This document shows, piece after piece, positions 1-10,560 of a DNA stretch of 64,000 bases (the first letter of the stretch is position 1; every line of letters starts with the position of its first letter). The notes below the pieces were generated by a model. It was given only the letters and a program-made list of their open reading frames with translations. It was not told where the DNA came from and did not search any database. A program made the position numbers and the translations under genes. Source of the DNA: Fidelibacterota bacterium MT.SAG.2 (GTDB lineage: Bacteria > Fidelibacterota > SORT01); assembly GCA_004402915.1 (NCBI GenBank), contig SORU01000002.1:28842-92841 (forward strand), given 5' to 3'.

Positions 1-510
1 GAAATCAGGCTGTTTCAATATCAGTAATGACGATATGCCGATCACGATGACCATCGGCAGGAGTCCGTCATTGAAGGAGTTCATTTTGTCCTTCTTCTTT
101 TCGAGGTAATATGCAATGTAAGTGATAAGCGAGAACTTCATCAGCTCGGAAGTCTGCACGCTTATCCCGCTGATATATATCCAGCGTGCCGTGGTACCCG
201 TTCCCCAAAAACGATGGTGTATCAGACCGGCGAGTAAAACTATCGCCGCGATGACTAATAGCGGGAATGCGATCTTTTTATAAAGTCTGTAATCTATATG
301 CATTGTCAGGGCAAGCACTCCGAAGCCTATAAGCAGCCGCACGAAATGACCCTTCAGATAGATGGCGCTGTCGCCCAGCTCTCTGCCGATAGCGGAGCTT
401 GCGCTGTAAAGCATCACCATGCCTGTTCCCGCGATCAGCACGATAATGAACAGAAGCTGTTTATCGTAATCTCCTAAACGGAAAGGGATATATGAAACTA
501 TCTGGTTCAT
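1..510 (-). CDS. ftsW: Cell division protein FtsW (partial, runs off window start)
   Basis: Manual translation from ATG at 510: MNQIVSYIPFRLGDYDKQLLFII...MLYSASS...ARWIYISGISVQTSELMK...KQPDF; overlaps the murD stop; dcw context. Confidence 0.92.
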   Translation of the reverse strand, partial: MNQIVSYIPFRLGDYDKQLLFIIVLIAGTGMVMLYSASSAIGRELGDSAIYLKGHFVRLLIGFGVLALTMHIDYRLYKKIAFPLLVIAAIVLLAGLIHHRFWGTGTTARWIYISGISVQTSELMKFSLITYIAYYLEKKKDKMNSFNDGLLPMVIVIGISSLLILKQPDF

Positions 511-1871
511 GAGCCGGCTCCGTAGGAATTAACCTCGTCTTTGAACTCTTTGCCGCGCTCCTCGTAATTTTTGAACATATCGAAGCTTGCGCAGCCGGGT
601 GAGAGGAGCACCACTTCACCGCTTTCCGCTATCATGACGGCAGTTTCCACCGCTGCCTTCATGCTTGTCGCAAAATGCACATCTTTGATTTTCCAGAATG
701 CTTTGGCGATCTTTTCATCCGCTTCGCCGATAAGGATAAGTTTTTTTACTTTTTTTGCCGCAAGTTCTGTCAACGAATTGAAATCGCCGCCCTTATCTCT
801 GCCCCCGGCAATAAGTACCAAAGGTTCATCAAAAGAGTTAAGAGCTACAGCCAATGAATCTACATTTGTAGATTTCGAGTCGTTGACGTAACTTACTTCA
901 TCGAGCATACGAACCGTTTCGAGACGGTGCTCGACGCCTTCAAAGGAAAGGAGGGCGCTACCAGACCTGACAATGGAAGCGCCCCCTTGTGTGGTGAGAA
1001 TCATGCAAGCTGCGGCATTTGCCACGTTGTGCAAGCCGCGGAGCTTAAGGTCTTTAATGTCTAATATTTTTTCATCAAAACTGTCGAATTTCAATTTGAG
1101 TTCGGTTCCTTCGAGCCAGCAGCCCTCTTCTAATTCCTGCGTAACGGAAAACGGCAACTTTCTGCTCTTGGAAAGCGAGGCTATTCGAGTTGACTCTTCG
1201 TCATCGAGATTATAAACGAAGCAATCTTCGGCGGTCATATTCTCTACTATGCGGTCTTTGGCTCCAACGTAACTCGCAAGGTCGGTATGCCAATCGAGAT
1301 GGTCGGGCGTGACGTTCAGCACGGTGGCGAGGGAAGGGTGAAAATCTTTGATCCATTTGAGTTGGAAACTACTCACCTCCAAAATGTAATTCGTATCGGC
1401 GTTGTCTCCGTCAATTACCAAAGATGAAAACGGAGTTCCTATATTTCCGCCGACGCGAACGTCGTCAAACGAACCCTTCATCATCTCGCCTAACAGGGAA
1501 GTGCAGGTTGTTTTCCCGTTAGAGCCTGTGATGGCGGTTATCTTTCCTGCGGCGAACCAGCTTGCCGCTTCGAGCTCAGTGTAGAGAGGCAAGTCAGAAT
1601 CTAACACCTTCTTTATCACGTCAGATGATTCAGGAATGCCGGGGCTGGTGACAACGAAGTCGGCTTCCAACACTCTGTCGGTGTGACCGGCGGTTTCGTA
1701 AGGGATATTCATGCCATTCAATTCTTCAATGGCACTGACAAAGTTTTCCGATTTGCCGCTGTCGCTCATGAACAGCTCCGCGCCCGCTTCCGATAAGAGC
1801 CGGGCTGCCGCTCTGCCGCTTTTTCCCATTCCGAGCAGCGTGATCTTTTTATTTGACAGTTCATCTTTCAT
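507..1871 (-). CDS. murD: UDP-MurNAc-L-Ala:D-Glu ligase
   Basis: GMGKSG, ITGSNGKTT, NDSKSTN, LLSPGCASFDMFKNYEERG motifs. Confidence 0.97.
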   Translation of the reverse strand: MKDELSNKKITLLGMGKSGRAAARLLSEAGAELFMSDSGKSENFVSAIEELNGMNIPYETAGHTDRVLEADFVVTSPGIPESSDVIKKVLDSDLPLYTELEAASWFAAGKITAITGSNGKTTCTSLLGEMMKGSFDDVRVGGNIGTPFSSLVIDGDNADTNYILEVSSFQLKWIKDFHPSLATVLNVTPDHLDWHTDLASYVGAKDRIVENMTAEDCFVYNLDDEESTRIASLSKSRKLPFSVTQELEEGCWLEGTELKLKFDSFDEKILDIKDLKLRGLHNVANAAACMILTTQGGASIVRSGSALLSFEGVEHRLETVRMLDEVSYVNDSKSTNVDSLAVALNSFDEPLVLIAGGRDKGGDFNSLTELAAKKVKKLILIGEADEKIAKAFWKIKDVHFATSMKAAVETAVMIAESGEVVLLSPGCASFDMFKNYEERGKEFKDEVNSYGAGS

Positions 1872-1907
1872 CTTAAAATTTTATTCACTGTTAAAACGGT
1901 GATTAAT

Positions 1908-2392
1908 GTGCGAGTTAGGGCTTGCCCTGACCGCACTTCCGATCCTCTCCCCTCCTTTTTAAGGAGGGGAAACGCTGTAAGCGAGGAGGGGGTTGAATTA
2001 TTCTTGAATATCGACTCCTCAGAAAAATCTATTGTCATCCCTGAAAGCGTTGTCGATGACCAATAGGCGTCAGGGCAAGCCCCGACTGCCACGTATCTTA
2101 TAACTTTCGATAACCGGATAGTATGAGATTGCCCGCCTGACATTAGTCGGGCAGGCCGCGTTGCTACGCTCCTCGCAATGACTGTGATAGTTTGAATCTT
2201 TACACACTCCGTCTTCTCATCCTTCGGATTCGAATCCACCCCTCTTAATAGAGGGGAATATTTCGTCCCCTCCTTTTTAAGGAGGGGAAGCGCTGTAAGC
2301 GCGAGGGGTGGTTGATGCCCTGACCGCATTTCCAAAGAATCAGACCCTGAGATTGCCGCGTCGTTCAACAGTTGTCGAACTCCTCGCAATGA
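1908..2392. repeat. Cluster of about 8 REP/MITE-like palindromic units between mraY and murD
   Basis: GTGCGAGTTAGGGCTTGCCCTGACCGCAC (1908-1936), two CCCTCCTTTTTAAGGAGGGG...GCGAGG units (~1950 and ~2266), two GAGATTGCC...CCTCGCAATGAC units (2125-2182, 2348-2392), TACACAC...CCCCTCTTAATAGAGGGG (2201-2260). Confidence 0.85.
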
Positions 2393-2476
2393 CACAATCC
2401 TATGCTTGGAGGGCAATAGCACAGGCCTATGTCTGAAGGACAAGGATATAGATTGTCTATTATTATCTTTCATACT

Positions 2477-3580
2477 TCATCTTAATTTGAATGTGCTTAA
2501 ACTGATTATTGCGGAGAGGATACCTATTATCCAGAACCGCACGACTATTTTCGATTCATCCATCCCTTTCAACTCAAAGTGATGATGGATCGGAGCCATC
2601 TTAAAAAACCGAACTCCTTCGCCGAATTTTCTTTTTGTATATTTGAAATACAAAACCTGAATGACCACCGAGAGTGTCTCCATCAGAAAAACCGAGCCGA
2701 CGAATACGAGCAGAATTTCCTTTTTGATCAAAATCGCCGCGACTCCGAGCGCCCCGCCGAGCGCCAGCGCTCCCGTGTCACCCATGATAACCTGCGCGGG
2801 TTTGCTGTTGAACCAGAGGAATCCGAGTGTCGCTCCCACCATCGCGGAGAGGAAGACGGTCATTTCACCCGAGCCTGCAAGATAATCTATATAGAGATAG
2901 TTGGCGATTATCGAGTTACCGGTGGCGTAAGCCATGACGGTAAACGCGAGAGCGGCGATACACACGAGTCCGGTCGCAAGTCCGTCAAGTCCGTCTGTTA
3001 GATTGACGGCGTTTGAAAACCAGGTAACAGTGAATACGACCATCGGGATATAGAAAACTCCGTAGTCTATCTGATAACCTTTAAAGAAGGGGAGGTAACT
3101 GCGGGTACCGACCGATTCCCATTCGGGGGAGAAGTAAACTATTCCGCCGATTATCAATCCGAGCGTAATCTGTCCGAAGAGTTTATATCTCGCTACAAGT
3201 CCTTTTTCGATCTTTTTAACAACCTTGAGATAATCGTCAAGCCAGCCGACGAACCCCATCCAGCAAGTTGCGAAGAGCGCAAGTTGAACGTAATGATTCA
3301 GTAGATTAGCCCAGAGCAGTGTCGGCAGAATGATGGCAGTCAGTATCAAAAGTCCGCCCATCGTCGGCGTGCCCTTTTTCGCTTGATGAGATTCCGGTCC
3401 GTCGGACCTTATCTCTTCCCCAAGTCCATGTTTATGCAATAGCCTGATGACGAACGGACCGACCATAAAACTGATGAGCAAGGCGCTGACTGCAGCGCCG
3501 GCGCTTCTGAAAGTTATATATTGAAAAACATTGAACCCTGAAAAGTAATCTCTCAGTGGATATAAAAGATGAAACAGCAT
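2477..3580 (-). CDS. mraY: Phospho-N-acetylmuramoyl-pentapeptide transferase
   Basis: KKGTPTMGG, NAVNLTDGLDGL, MGDTG, MAPIHHHFEL motifs. Confidence 0.98.
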   Translation of the reverse strand: MLFHLLYPLRDYFSGFNVFQYITFRSAGAAVSALLISFMVGPFVIRLLHKHGLGEEIRSDGPESHQAKKGTPTMGGLLILTAIILPTLLWANLLNHYVQLALFATCWMGFVGWLDDYLKVVKKIEKGLVARYKLFGQITLGLIIGGIVYFSPEWESVGTRSYLPFFKGYQIDYGVFYIPMVVFTVTWFSNAVNLTDGLDGLATGLVCIAALAFTVMAYATGNSIIANYLYIDYLAGSGEMTVFLSAMVGATLGFLWFNSKPAQVIMGDTGALALGGALGVAAILIKKEILLVFVGSVFLMETLSVVIQVLYFKYTKRKFGEGVRFFKMAPIHHHFELKGMDESKIVVRFWIIGILSAIISLSTFKLR

Positions 3581-4950
3581 CAGTTGACGTTCCCGATCAT
3601 CAGAGTTATCACGTCTTCCATTTGCATACCGCGGGAACCTTTAACGAGTATCACATCACCCGGAGCCGAAAAATTCATAAGCGTTTCGGTCATTTCTTCC
3701 TTGCTTTCAAAGTGAACTGCTTCCTCGCTGCCCTCTTTTTGCGCTTCGTCTATCGTTGCCTTCGTTTCCGTACCGTAAGCGTAAACAGCATCGAACCCCG
3801 CAACCGACAGCTTTCTTCCTATCTGCCTGTGCTCTTCTTCGCTGTGAGAGCCTAATTCGAGCATGTCTCCTATAACGACTATTTTTTTGGAAGAAGAGGT
3901 GAACGCCGAGAGCGAATTCAGCGCGAATTCCACGGAAGCAGGATTTGCGTTATAGCTGTCGTCAATGACTATTCTTCCTGCAACTTCTAACCTATTCATG
4001 CGTCCCTTGAATCCCCGGTATGACTCGATCGCTTCACATATGTCGGGAAGCGGTACGGCGAACTTCAGACCGATAGCCGCCGCTGCAATGGCGTTCTCAG
4101 CCATTTTTTTGCCCAAAACGTTCAGAGTAAACGGTTCGCAGCCATTGAATTCGACAACTGCGCGTGAATCATCCTCGATTCTCAATATCTTTCCACGCAT
4201 ATCGGCATCTACATGGAGACTGTAAGTCAATTTTTTATCTAAATTTTCGGCCAACGCCTTGATATGCGAATCGTCAATATTCACGATGGCGGTCCCACCG
4301 ACCGCCATACCGGTGAACAGTTCACCTTTTGCTTTCGCAACCCGGTCAACACTTCCGAAAAATTCAATATGCGCCAACTCCACATTGGTGATAAGAGCGA
4401 CGTCAGGCTCGGCGATGGAGCAGAGATAGGTCATTTCGCCGGGATGGTTAATTCCCATTTCAATTACAGCATAATCCGTGGAGTCATTCATTTCAAGCAG
4501 AGTGAGAGGGACCCCGATATGATTATTCAGATTTCCTTTGGTCTTGTGGACATTCCCGATCTTGGACAGAACGAGAGCGGTCATCTCCTTAACGGTTGTT
4601 TTGCCGTTCGATCCGCTGATGCCCACTATCGGTTGTTTTTTAAAATTCCGGTGCATATTGGCGTATTGACCGAGAAAGAGCAGAGTGTCGACAAAAGTGT
4701 AAATACCGACCGATTCATTGATCGGAAGAACATTCTCGGAATTCCATTTTCGTGAGACTACGACAGCGGCTGCTCCGTTAGATATAGCGGAATCAAGAAA
4801 ATTGTGACCGTCGAATTTGTCTCCCTTCAGCGCGACAAACAGATTTCCCTCGCTGACAGTTCTGGAGTCGATAGACACGCCCGTGAGTTCTCCGCTGAAC
4901 GGTTGAAGTTCGGTCAAACCTTTCATCTCTTTAAGAGAAACGAAACTCAT
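3580..4950 (-). CDS. murF: UDP-MurNAc-tripeptide:D-Ala-D-Ala ligase
   Basis: GSNGKTTVKE, NNHIGVPLTL, EMGINHPGE, DDSYNANP, VKGSRGM motifs. Confidence 0.97.
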   Translation of the reverse strand: MSFVSLKEMKGLTELQPFSGELTGVSIDSRTVSEGNLFVALKGDKFDGHNFLDSAISNGAAAVVVSRKWNSENVLPINESVGIYTFVDTLLFLGQYANMHRNFKKQPIVGISGSNGKTTVKEMTALVLSKIGNVHKTKGNLNNHIGVPLTLLEMNDSTDYAVIEMGINHPGEMTYLCSIAEPDVALITNVELAHIEFFGSVDRVAKAKGELFTGMAVGGTAIVNIDDSHIKALAENLDKKLTYSLHVDADMRGKILRIEDDSRAVVEFNGCEPFTLNVLGKKMAENAIAAAAIGLKFAVPLPDICEAIESYRGFKGRMNRLEVAGRIVIDDSYNANPASVEFALNSLSAFTSSSKKIVVIGDMLELGSHSEEEHRQIGRKLSVAGFDAVYAYGTETKATIDEAQKEGSEEAVHFESKEEMTETLMNFSAPGDVILVKGSRGMQMEDVITLMIGNVN

Positions 4951-6410
4951 ATATTCAATTGCTCCATAAGCTCTATAAGTACCTCTTTGTCGCTAAACTT
5001 AGTCCTGACTCCCATAACCTCCTGATACGCTTCATGCCCTTTGCCGGCTATCAAGACAACATCACCTGTTCCGGCGATCTTCAATGCCCTCTTCAGAGCA
5101 GCGCGCCTATCAGGTATTGACTCGAATGGCGCTTTTGAGACTATTCCCGTCAGTATTTCACTGATAACAGCTTCCGGTTTCTCGCCTCGTGGATTGTCGG
5201 AGGTAATGATCGTAAAATCGGAAAGGGTGGAGGCGACTTCTCCCATGAGAGGTCTTTTTTCTCTGTCCCTGTCACCGCCGCATCCGAAAACCGTTATGAG
5301 TTTCCCGCTGCCGCTCAGAATCTCACGAGAAGCGTTAATGGCGTTTTTCAAAGCGTCCGGCGTGTGCGCGTAATCCACGAGCACGGTGAAATCCGAATCG
5401 ATTGAGATCTTTTCGAGTCTGCCCGGAATTTGAGGAAGCTCGCTGAGGTCGCTACCGGGTTCGGCTCCCACAGCTTCCGCGGCGGCATAAGCTGCCATAA
5501 GGTTGTAAATGTTGAATTCGCCGACCAACGAAGATTTGATCTCGGTTTCAGCGTCGGGTGTAATGAGATTGAGCCGTAATCCGTCCGAAGAGTAAGAATA
5601 CGATTCGGCATGATAATCAGCTGTCGAATCTGACAGCGAATAAGTGATGAGTCCGGCGGGGGAGGAGGAAACCATCTTCTCCCAAGAGGAGTCGTCTTTG
5701 TTCAAGATCGCCTTGGAGGAGGAACTCAAGTCGTTGAACAGCATCGCTTTTGATTCTCTATATGAATCGAAATCACCATGAAAATCGAGGTGGTCGTGCG
5801 TCAGATTAGTGAAGAGAGCCACGTCAAAGGCAAGCCCCGCAGTCCTCTTCATAGATAAACTATGCGAAGAGACTTCCATTACTGCATGAGTGGAGCCTGT
5901 CTTTAACGCGTCCCGCAAAAATTTGTTGATCTCGGGCGCTTCCAGTGTGGTCAATTTGCTTTCGATCAGACCGCTGCCGAGATCATTACCAATAGTTCCC
6001 ATGATTGCTGTCCGGTGTCCGTCCGATTGAAGCAGATAACGAAGAATGAACGCTACAGATGTTTTGCCGTTCGTTCCCGTAATTCCGATAAGCTTCAGTT
6101 CCCGTGAGGGATGACCATGAAATGCGGAAGAGGCAAAAGCGAGAGCCGAGCGGGAATCAGGCGTGATCAAGAGCGGGGCGAACGATCTGTCGACAGCTTT
6201 CTCTGTAACCACAGCGCTGCAACCCTTTTCGATAGCGTCATCGATAAACTCCGCGCCGTCGAAAGTTCCCCCTGTCAGAGCGAAGTAAACGTCACCCTCC
6301 TGAAGCGTGCGCGAATCATACGCAATTCCGCTCACAGGTGTGTCCTGACCCGATTTCTGCGTGTATTCTATTCCTTCCATAATTTCAAATAGCGTAAGCG
6401 TTCCGCTCAC
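4947..6410 (-). CDS. murE: UDP-MurNAc-dipeptide:meso-DAP ligase
   Basis: ITGTNGKT, MEVSSH, DYAHTPD, GCGGDRD, DNPR (DAP-type motif), AGKGHE. Confidence 0.97.
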   Translation of the reverse strand: MSGTLTLFEIMEGIEYTQKSGQDTPVSGIAYDSRTLQEGDVYFALTGGTFDGAEFIDDAIEKGCSAVVTEKAVDRSFAPLLITPDSRSALAFASSAFHGHPSRELKLIGITGTNGKTSVAFILRYLLQSDGHRTAIMGTIGNDLGSGLIESKLTTLEAPEINKFLRDALKTGSTHAVMEVSSHSLSMKRTAGLAFDVALFTNLTHDHLDFHGDFDSYRESKAMLFNDLSSSSKAILNKDDSSWEKMVSSSPAGLITYSLSDSTADYHAESYSYSSDGLRLNLITPDAETEIKSSLVGEFNIYNLMAAYAAAEAVGAEPGSDLSELPQIPGRLEKISIDSDFTVLVDYAHTPDALKNAINASREILSGSGKLITVFGCGGDRDREKRPLMGEVASTLSDFTIITSDNPRGEKPEAVISEILTGIVSKAPFESIPDRRAALKRALKIAGTGDVVLIAGKGHEAYQEVMGVRTKFSDKEVLIELMEQLNI

Positions 6411-8437
6411 TCCGATTCTTGCCCCATTGTTAATATCACTTCGCTACCGCTGACGATGCGCGCTCCGGCAGACGGTCTCTGCTTCTTTACAATGCCGCTT
6501 CCTGAAAATTTCGGATTCAAATTTCGCTCGCCTAAGATCTTCAGCGCATATCTGAGGCTCATCCCCTTAACGTTCGGCATGATGTTGCCCGGAACAGTTT
6601 CATCTTGTAAATTCGGTTCTACATATCTGACAGTTTGAAGGCTCATAAAAGAGTTTTCGTGTTTCGCCTCTTCCCTAAGCTGTGAATTCGACCGCTCGAT
6701 CTTTGTTGAAGTCCCGGAGACGAAAAGATGCGGGTTCGCATTCGCAATCCGTGTAAATATCTTTTTCACTATCGGAGCCGCGACCTCTCCTCCGTAAGGA
6801 AGATATGTTTTAGGATCATCCACAATTATCAGGCAGAGAAATTCAGGATCTTCTGCGGGAAAAAACGCCACAAATGAAGCATAGTAATCGTTTGAGTGCT
6901 TACCATCGATGATTTTCTGAGAAGTTCCGGATTTTCCCGCTACCCTGAATCCCCTAATATACGCCTTCTTTCCCGTTCCTACTTTTACCACCCCCAGAAA
7001 AAGCTCTTTAAGCTTTTCGGAGGTTTCGGGCGACATCACCCGCCGGATGACCTTGACATCATCAGAGATATCAACACTGCCGTCGCTCGATTTTGCTGAA
7101 CGGATGATCTGAGGTTTAAGAAGATATCCTCCATTCGCTGCCGCTGCGTAAGCCATTGCGAGCTGGAGCGGAGTGACCGAGACTTCATACCCGATGGCAA
7201 CCTCAGCTAAGGAGAGCGCAGACCATTTTTTCAATTCTCTCAGGATCCCGTTCGACTCGCCGTCTAAAGAGAGTCCCGTTTTATTACCGAATCCAAACGC
7301 TCTCGCCATTTTGTATATATTCTCTCGACCGGCGTTTTGCGCTATCTTTATGACTCCCACGTTACTTGAATTGTAGAATACCTGATTGAATGTCAGCCAG
7401 CCGTAAGGTTTATGGTCGGAAATGGAAATGTTTTGTATATCTATTTTTCCGTTTTCGCAGAAGATGAGGTCAGAATCGTTGTATAGATTATGTTCGATCG
7501 CGGTGGTAGCGGTAACGAGTTTGAAAGTCGACCCCGGTTCGTAAATGTCGGTGATCGTTCTGTTCTTATAGTTTGCAACGGGATATTTCGTATACTCATT
7601 CGGATTGAAACCGGGCGCGCTCGCCATAGCAAGCAATTCACCCGTACGAGGCTGTAAGATAATACCGATAACATTTTCAGCCTTTTTACTCTTGTAGGCG
7701 GAGAGTATTTCTTCCTGAAGGATTATTTGATATTCACGGTCTAACGTGAGGATCAGATCGCCGCCCGGAATCGGCTCAACAGTGCGGGAGAGGAGACCGG
7801 AAAGGTCTCTGCCCTTGCCGTCGATCTTGAAACTCTTATGACCGTCGGTTCCTTTTAGGAATTCATCATACGTTTTTTCGATTCCTTCTATACCTCTGTT
7901 GTCTATATCGGTAAAACCGATGACCTGAGCGCCGATTTCATCATACGGATAAAAACGTTTACTCTGCTTGATAGCCGAAATACCCTTAAAATCATGCCTT
8001 ATAATAGCCAGACCCTTAGCCGGAGCGACCTTTCGCTCCATCCAGACGAAATTTTTGTCGGTCGATAGCTTCTCCATATAGTAGGAGGTGGATTTCCCGA
8101 AAGTTTCGCTGAAAACCTTCGCCATAAGCTCGGGATTCTCGACAACAGGTGGGTGCGCTCCCAAGTCATAATGCGGCAGATTCATCGTCAAAGCGGTTCC
8201 GTTTCTGTCTCTTATCGTACCGCGTTCCGCTACAAGCAGCAGTTCCTGATTATAAAGGTTATTCCGCACCAGCTGCACGCTCTCATGATTCACTACCTGC
8301 AGCCAGAAGAGCTTGCCCATTATCAACAGCCATCCGGCTAAAACCATGACAGACAGAACAGCAAGACGAATGTTCACTTTTGAACTTTTTTTCTTTGATG
8401 TTCTACTTTTTCGTTTCACTCTATCTGCCTTTGTCAT
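6407..8437 (-). CDS. ftsI: Class B penicillin-binding protein FtsI with C-terminal PASTA domain
   Basis: EPGSTFK (SxxK), SSN, KSGTSQK; N-terminal TM; MPNVKGMSLR PASTA domain. Confidence 0.93.
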   Translation of the reverse strand: MTKADRVKRKSRTSKKKSSKVNIRLAVLSVMVLAGWLLIMGKLFWLQVVNHESVQLVRNNLYNQELLLVAERGTIRDRNGTALTMNLPHYDLGAHPPVVENPELMAKVFSETFGKSTSYYMEKLSTDKNFVWMERKVAPAKGLAIIRHDFKGISAIKQSKRFYPYDEIGAQVIGFTDIDNRGIEGIEKTYDEFLKGTDGHKSFKIDGKGRDLSGLLSRTVEPIPGGDLILTLDREYQIILQEEILSAYKSKKAENVIGIILQPRTGELLAMASAPGFNPNEYTKYPVANYKNRTITDIYEPGSTFKLVTATTAIEHNLYNDSDLIFCENGKIDIQNISISDHKPYGWLTFNQVFYNSSNVGVIKIAQNAGRENIYKMARAFGFGNKTGLSLDGESNGILRELKKWSALSLAEVAIGYEVSVTPLQLAMAYAAAANGGYLLKPQIIRSAKSSDGSVDISDDVKVIRRVMSPETSEKLKELFLGVVKVGTGKKAYIRGFRVAGKSGTSQKIIDGKHSNDYYASFVAFFPAEDPEFLCLIIVDDPKTYLPYGGEVAAPIVKKIFTRIANANPHLFVSGTSTKIERSNSQLREEAKHENSFMSLQTVRYVEPNLQDETVPGNIMPNVKGMSLRYALKILGERNLNPKFSGSGIVKKQRPSAGARIVSGSEVILTMGQESE

Positions 8438-8792
8438 AGTGATTTATAGTTTTCTCATTAACTCTTGCTGCAAGTCTGATTGGCTCCGGTTCCGGGAAGA
8501 CCATATCAAGTTCGTTCTTTGCTTTGTCGGTGATCCTGTCCGACCGGGAGAGATGCGCGATCTCCGCATCGAGCAGGTTCAGCGCCGTGCGGTTTTTCGA
8601 TAGTTCCTTGCTCAAAATGGAAATATCGTTCAGAGTGGCGGTGACCTCGTTGTTCAGCCAAACGTAGCCGATCATCAGCGCGAATGAACTGATAGTAAGG
8701 AAAATGAAGCCTATTGCTGAACCCTCGCCCTTCTTTTTGGCGTGTTTGGCTCTCTTCGGGAGTTTGATTCCTTTATTTAGCGATTTAAGCAT
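8421..8792 (-). CDS. ftsL: Cell division protein FtsL-like
   Basis: Single TM plus coiled coil ending LSRSDRITDKAKNELDM; lies between rsmH and ftsI. Confidence 0.8.
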   Translation of the reverse strand: MLKSLNKGIKLPKRAKHAKKKGEGSAIGFIFLTISSFALMIGYVWLNNEVTATLNDISILSKELSKNRTALNLLDAEIAHLSRSDRITDKAKNELDMVFPEPEPIRLAARVNEKTINHYDKGR

Positions 8793-8795
8793 ATT

Positions 8796-9740
8796 CTACA
8801 ATTTCTCCGCTGCTCTCAAACGGGCGCTCCTCGAACGGGGATTACGTTCGATTTCCGATCCGGTCGGTTTTATCACCTTTTTAGTGAGTAATTTCAACTC
8901 TTTCACCTGATCTCTATAGCCTGTAGGGCTTTCAGGATCCTCTATGTGAGATTTCGACAGATCCCGCAACCGGTTCTTGACTATCCGGTCCTCGAGGGAG
9001 TGATAGGAGAGAACAACGATCCTTCCGCCTTTTTTTAGTAGTTTTATTGCTGCGCTAAGACCCTCTTCGAGGCTTGAAAGCTCGTCATTTACCGCTATCC
9101 GCAGCGCCTGAAAGACCCGCGCAAGCGATTTCGTCTTCATATTTCCCATTATGACCCTCTTAACGATAGAAGAGAGGTCGGATGTGGTTCTAAGCTGTGA
9201 TTCTTTCTGAAAATTGACTATCGCAGACGCTATCTTTCTGCTGTGCCGTTCTTCACCATATTCGTAAATGAGATCTGCTAACTCCCTTTCAGTCAGCGAT
9301 TTAATCAAATCAGCTGCATTGATCCCTGAATCCTGATCCATCCTCATATCGAGAGGACCGTCTGAGGAGAAGGAGAAGCCGCGTTCCGGAAGATCTATCT
9401 GAGTGGAAGAGACGCCGAGGTCGAGTAGAACGCCGTCAACGCCCTTAACACTCATCCGTTCGGCGATCTCGTACATCATTGAGAAGTTGCCCTGAAATAA
9501 CTCAACTTTTGCAGTAGAGTCCTTGAATCGTTCTTTGCAATAATCAATTGCGGTTGCATCTTTGTCAATCCCTATGTAAAGGGCTTTATCGGTTAGTCTG
9601 TCAAGTATAACTTCAGCGTGACCGCCACCTCCGATAGTTCCGTCAATATAAACCCCATCCGGGTTTATGGTTAAAAACTCCGTTACTTCTTCCGCCATAA
9701 CCGGGGTGTGTCTTTCATTTCCGCTGAAATCAGACCCCAT
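8796..9740 (-). CDS. rsmH: 16S rRNA m4C1402 methyltransferase
   Basis: HTPVM, DGTIGGGGHA, DLGVSS, GPLDMRM, FQALRIAVN, NPRSRSA. Confidence 0.97.
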   Translation of the reverse strand: MGSDFSGNERHTPVMAEEVTEFLTINPDGVYIDGTIGGGGHAEVILDRLTDKALYIGIDKDATAIDYCKERFKDSTAKVELFQGNFSMMYEIAERMSVKGVDGVLLDLGVSSTQIDLPERGFSFSSDGPLDMRMDQDSGINAADLIKSLTERELADLIYEYGEERHSRKIASAIVNFQKESQLRTTSDLSSIVKRVIMGNMKTKSLARVFQALRIAVNDELSSLEEGLSAAIKLLKKGGRIVVLSYHSLEDRIVKNRLRDLSKSHIEDPESPTGYRDQVKELKLLTKKVIKPTGSEIERNPRSRSARLRAAEKL

Positions 9741-9751
9741 GACGGATTCAA

Positions 9752-10225
9752 CTATAAAACTATCTTTTCGGCGAGAGCCGCTAACTGCTCTTCGGTCAAC
9801 TTTTCGTCGTCCGAACTCTTCTTATCCAGCTCTCCCGGATCCCAAATCTCTATTTGTTTCAACATTCCGATAATGACGGCTTCATTGGTCAAGCCGGCAA
9901 CTTCGAGGAGACTTTTAGGTATAGTTATCCTCCCCTGGCTGTCATATCTGCAAATGGTGGCGTACCGTGTCAAATCTCTAAGCCATTTCTGATCTATAGG
10001 GTTCATCCGAAGGAGTTTCCGTGTCAGATTTTCTTCGAACAGTGACCAATCCTCAAAAGGCATGGCGACAAGGCATTTATCCTTAGCAATACTCTTCGAA
10101 ATAACAAAAGTCCTGTTATTCGCGGGGTGCAGTACCTTTCTGAAAGGGGCAGGCACATTGACTCTGCCTTTTTTGTCTATCGTGTACCGATACTCACCTA
10201 AAAATGAATTTGGTTCGGGTGTCAT
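9752..10225 (-). CDS. mraZ: Transcriptional regulator MraZ
   Basis: Two DxxGR motifs (DKKGRV, DSQGRI); first gene of the dcw cluster. Confidence 0.93.
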   Translation of the reverse strand: MTPEPNSFLGEYRYTIDKKGRVNVPAPFRKVLHPANNRTFVISKSIAKDKCLVAMPFEDWSLFEENLTRKLLRMNPIDQKWLRDLTRYATICRYDSQGRITIPKSLLEVAGLTNEAVIIGMLKQIEIWDPGELDKKSSDDEKLTEEQLAALAEKIVL

Positions 10226-10279
10226 TACCTTATCGTTTATTTAAAATTGCTAATATTTAATTATAAAAAGCGGGCTTTT

Positions 10280-10324
10280 ACCCACAATTACCCCATAACA
10301 TACACAATTACCCATTGTTGTCAA
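10280..10324 (-). promoter_or_regulatory. dcw promoter with 10-bp periodic MraZ boxes
   Basis: Minus strand TTGACA (10324-10319), 16 bp, TATGTT; overlapping TGGGT/TGTAT/TGGGG/TGGGT repeats at ~10-bp spacing. Confidence 0.75.
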
Positions 10325-10560
10325 GGAAAATATTCAATATATGCGAATCTACTTTAACCTAAACCGCTGAAACGCTTATATAACATAGCTTATAACAATT
10401 AAACTTTTTTTAGGTTTACTTGAATTGAAAGGGCGAATTACCCTCTGTTACTGAATTAAGCTACCCGCACCTAATGGAGTTGTTTAACTACATACTGAGT
10501 GTTGATAACTTCTATACATATATATGGTATTGGTAGGGGATGAGGTGGGGATAAGCGGAA

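Noticed and set aside
1868-2473. 201-aa ORF between mraY and murD
   Set aside because: Built from palindromic repeat units (PLLKKEG, PLLRG, VIARS); a repeat-derived spurious ORF
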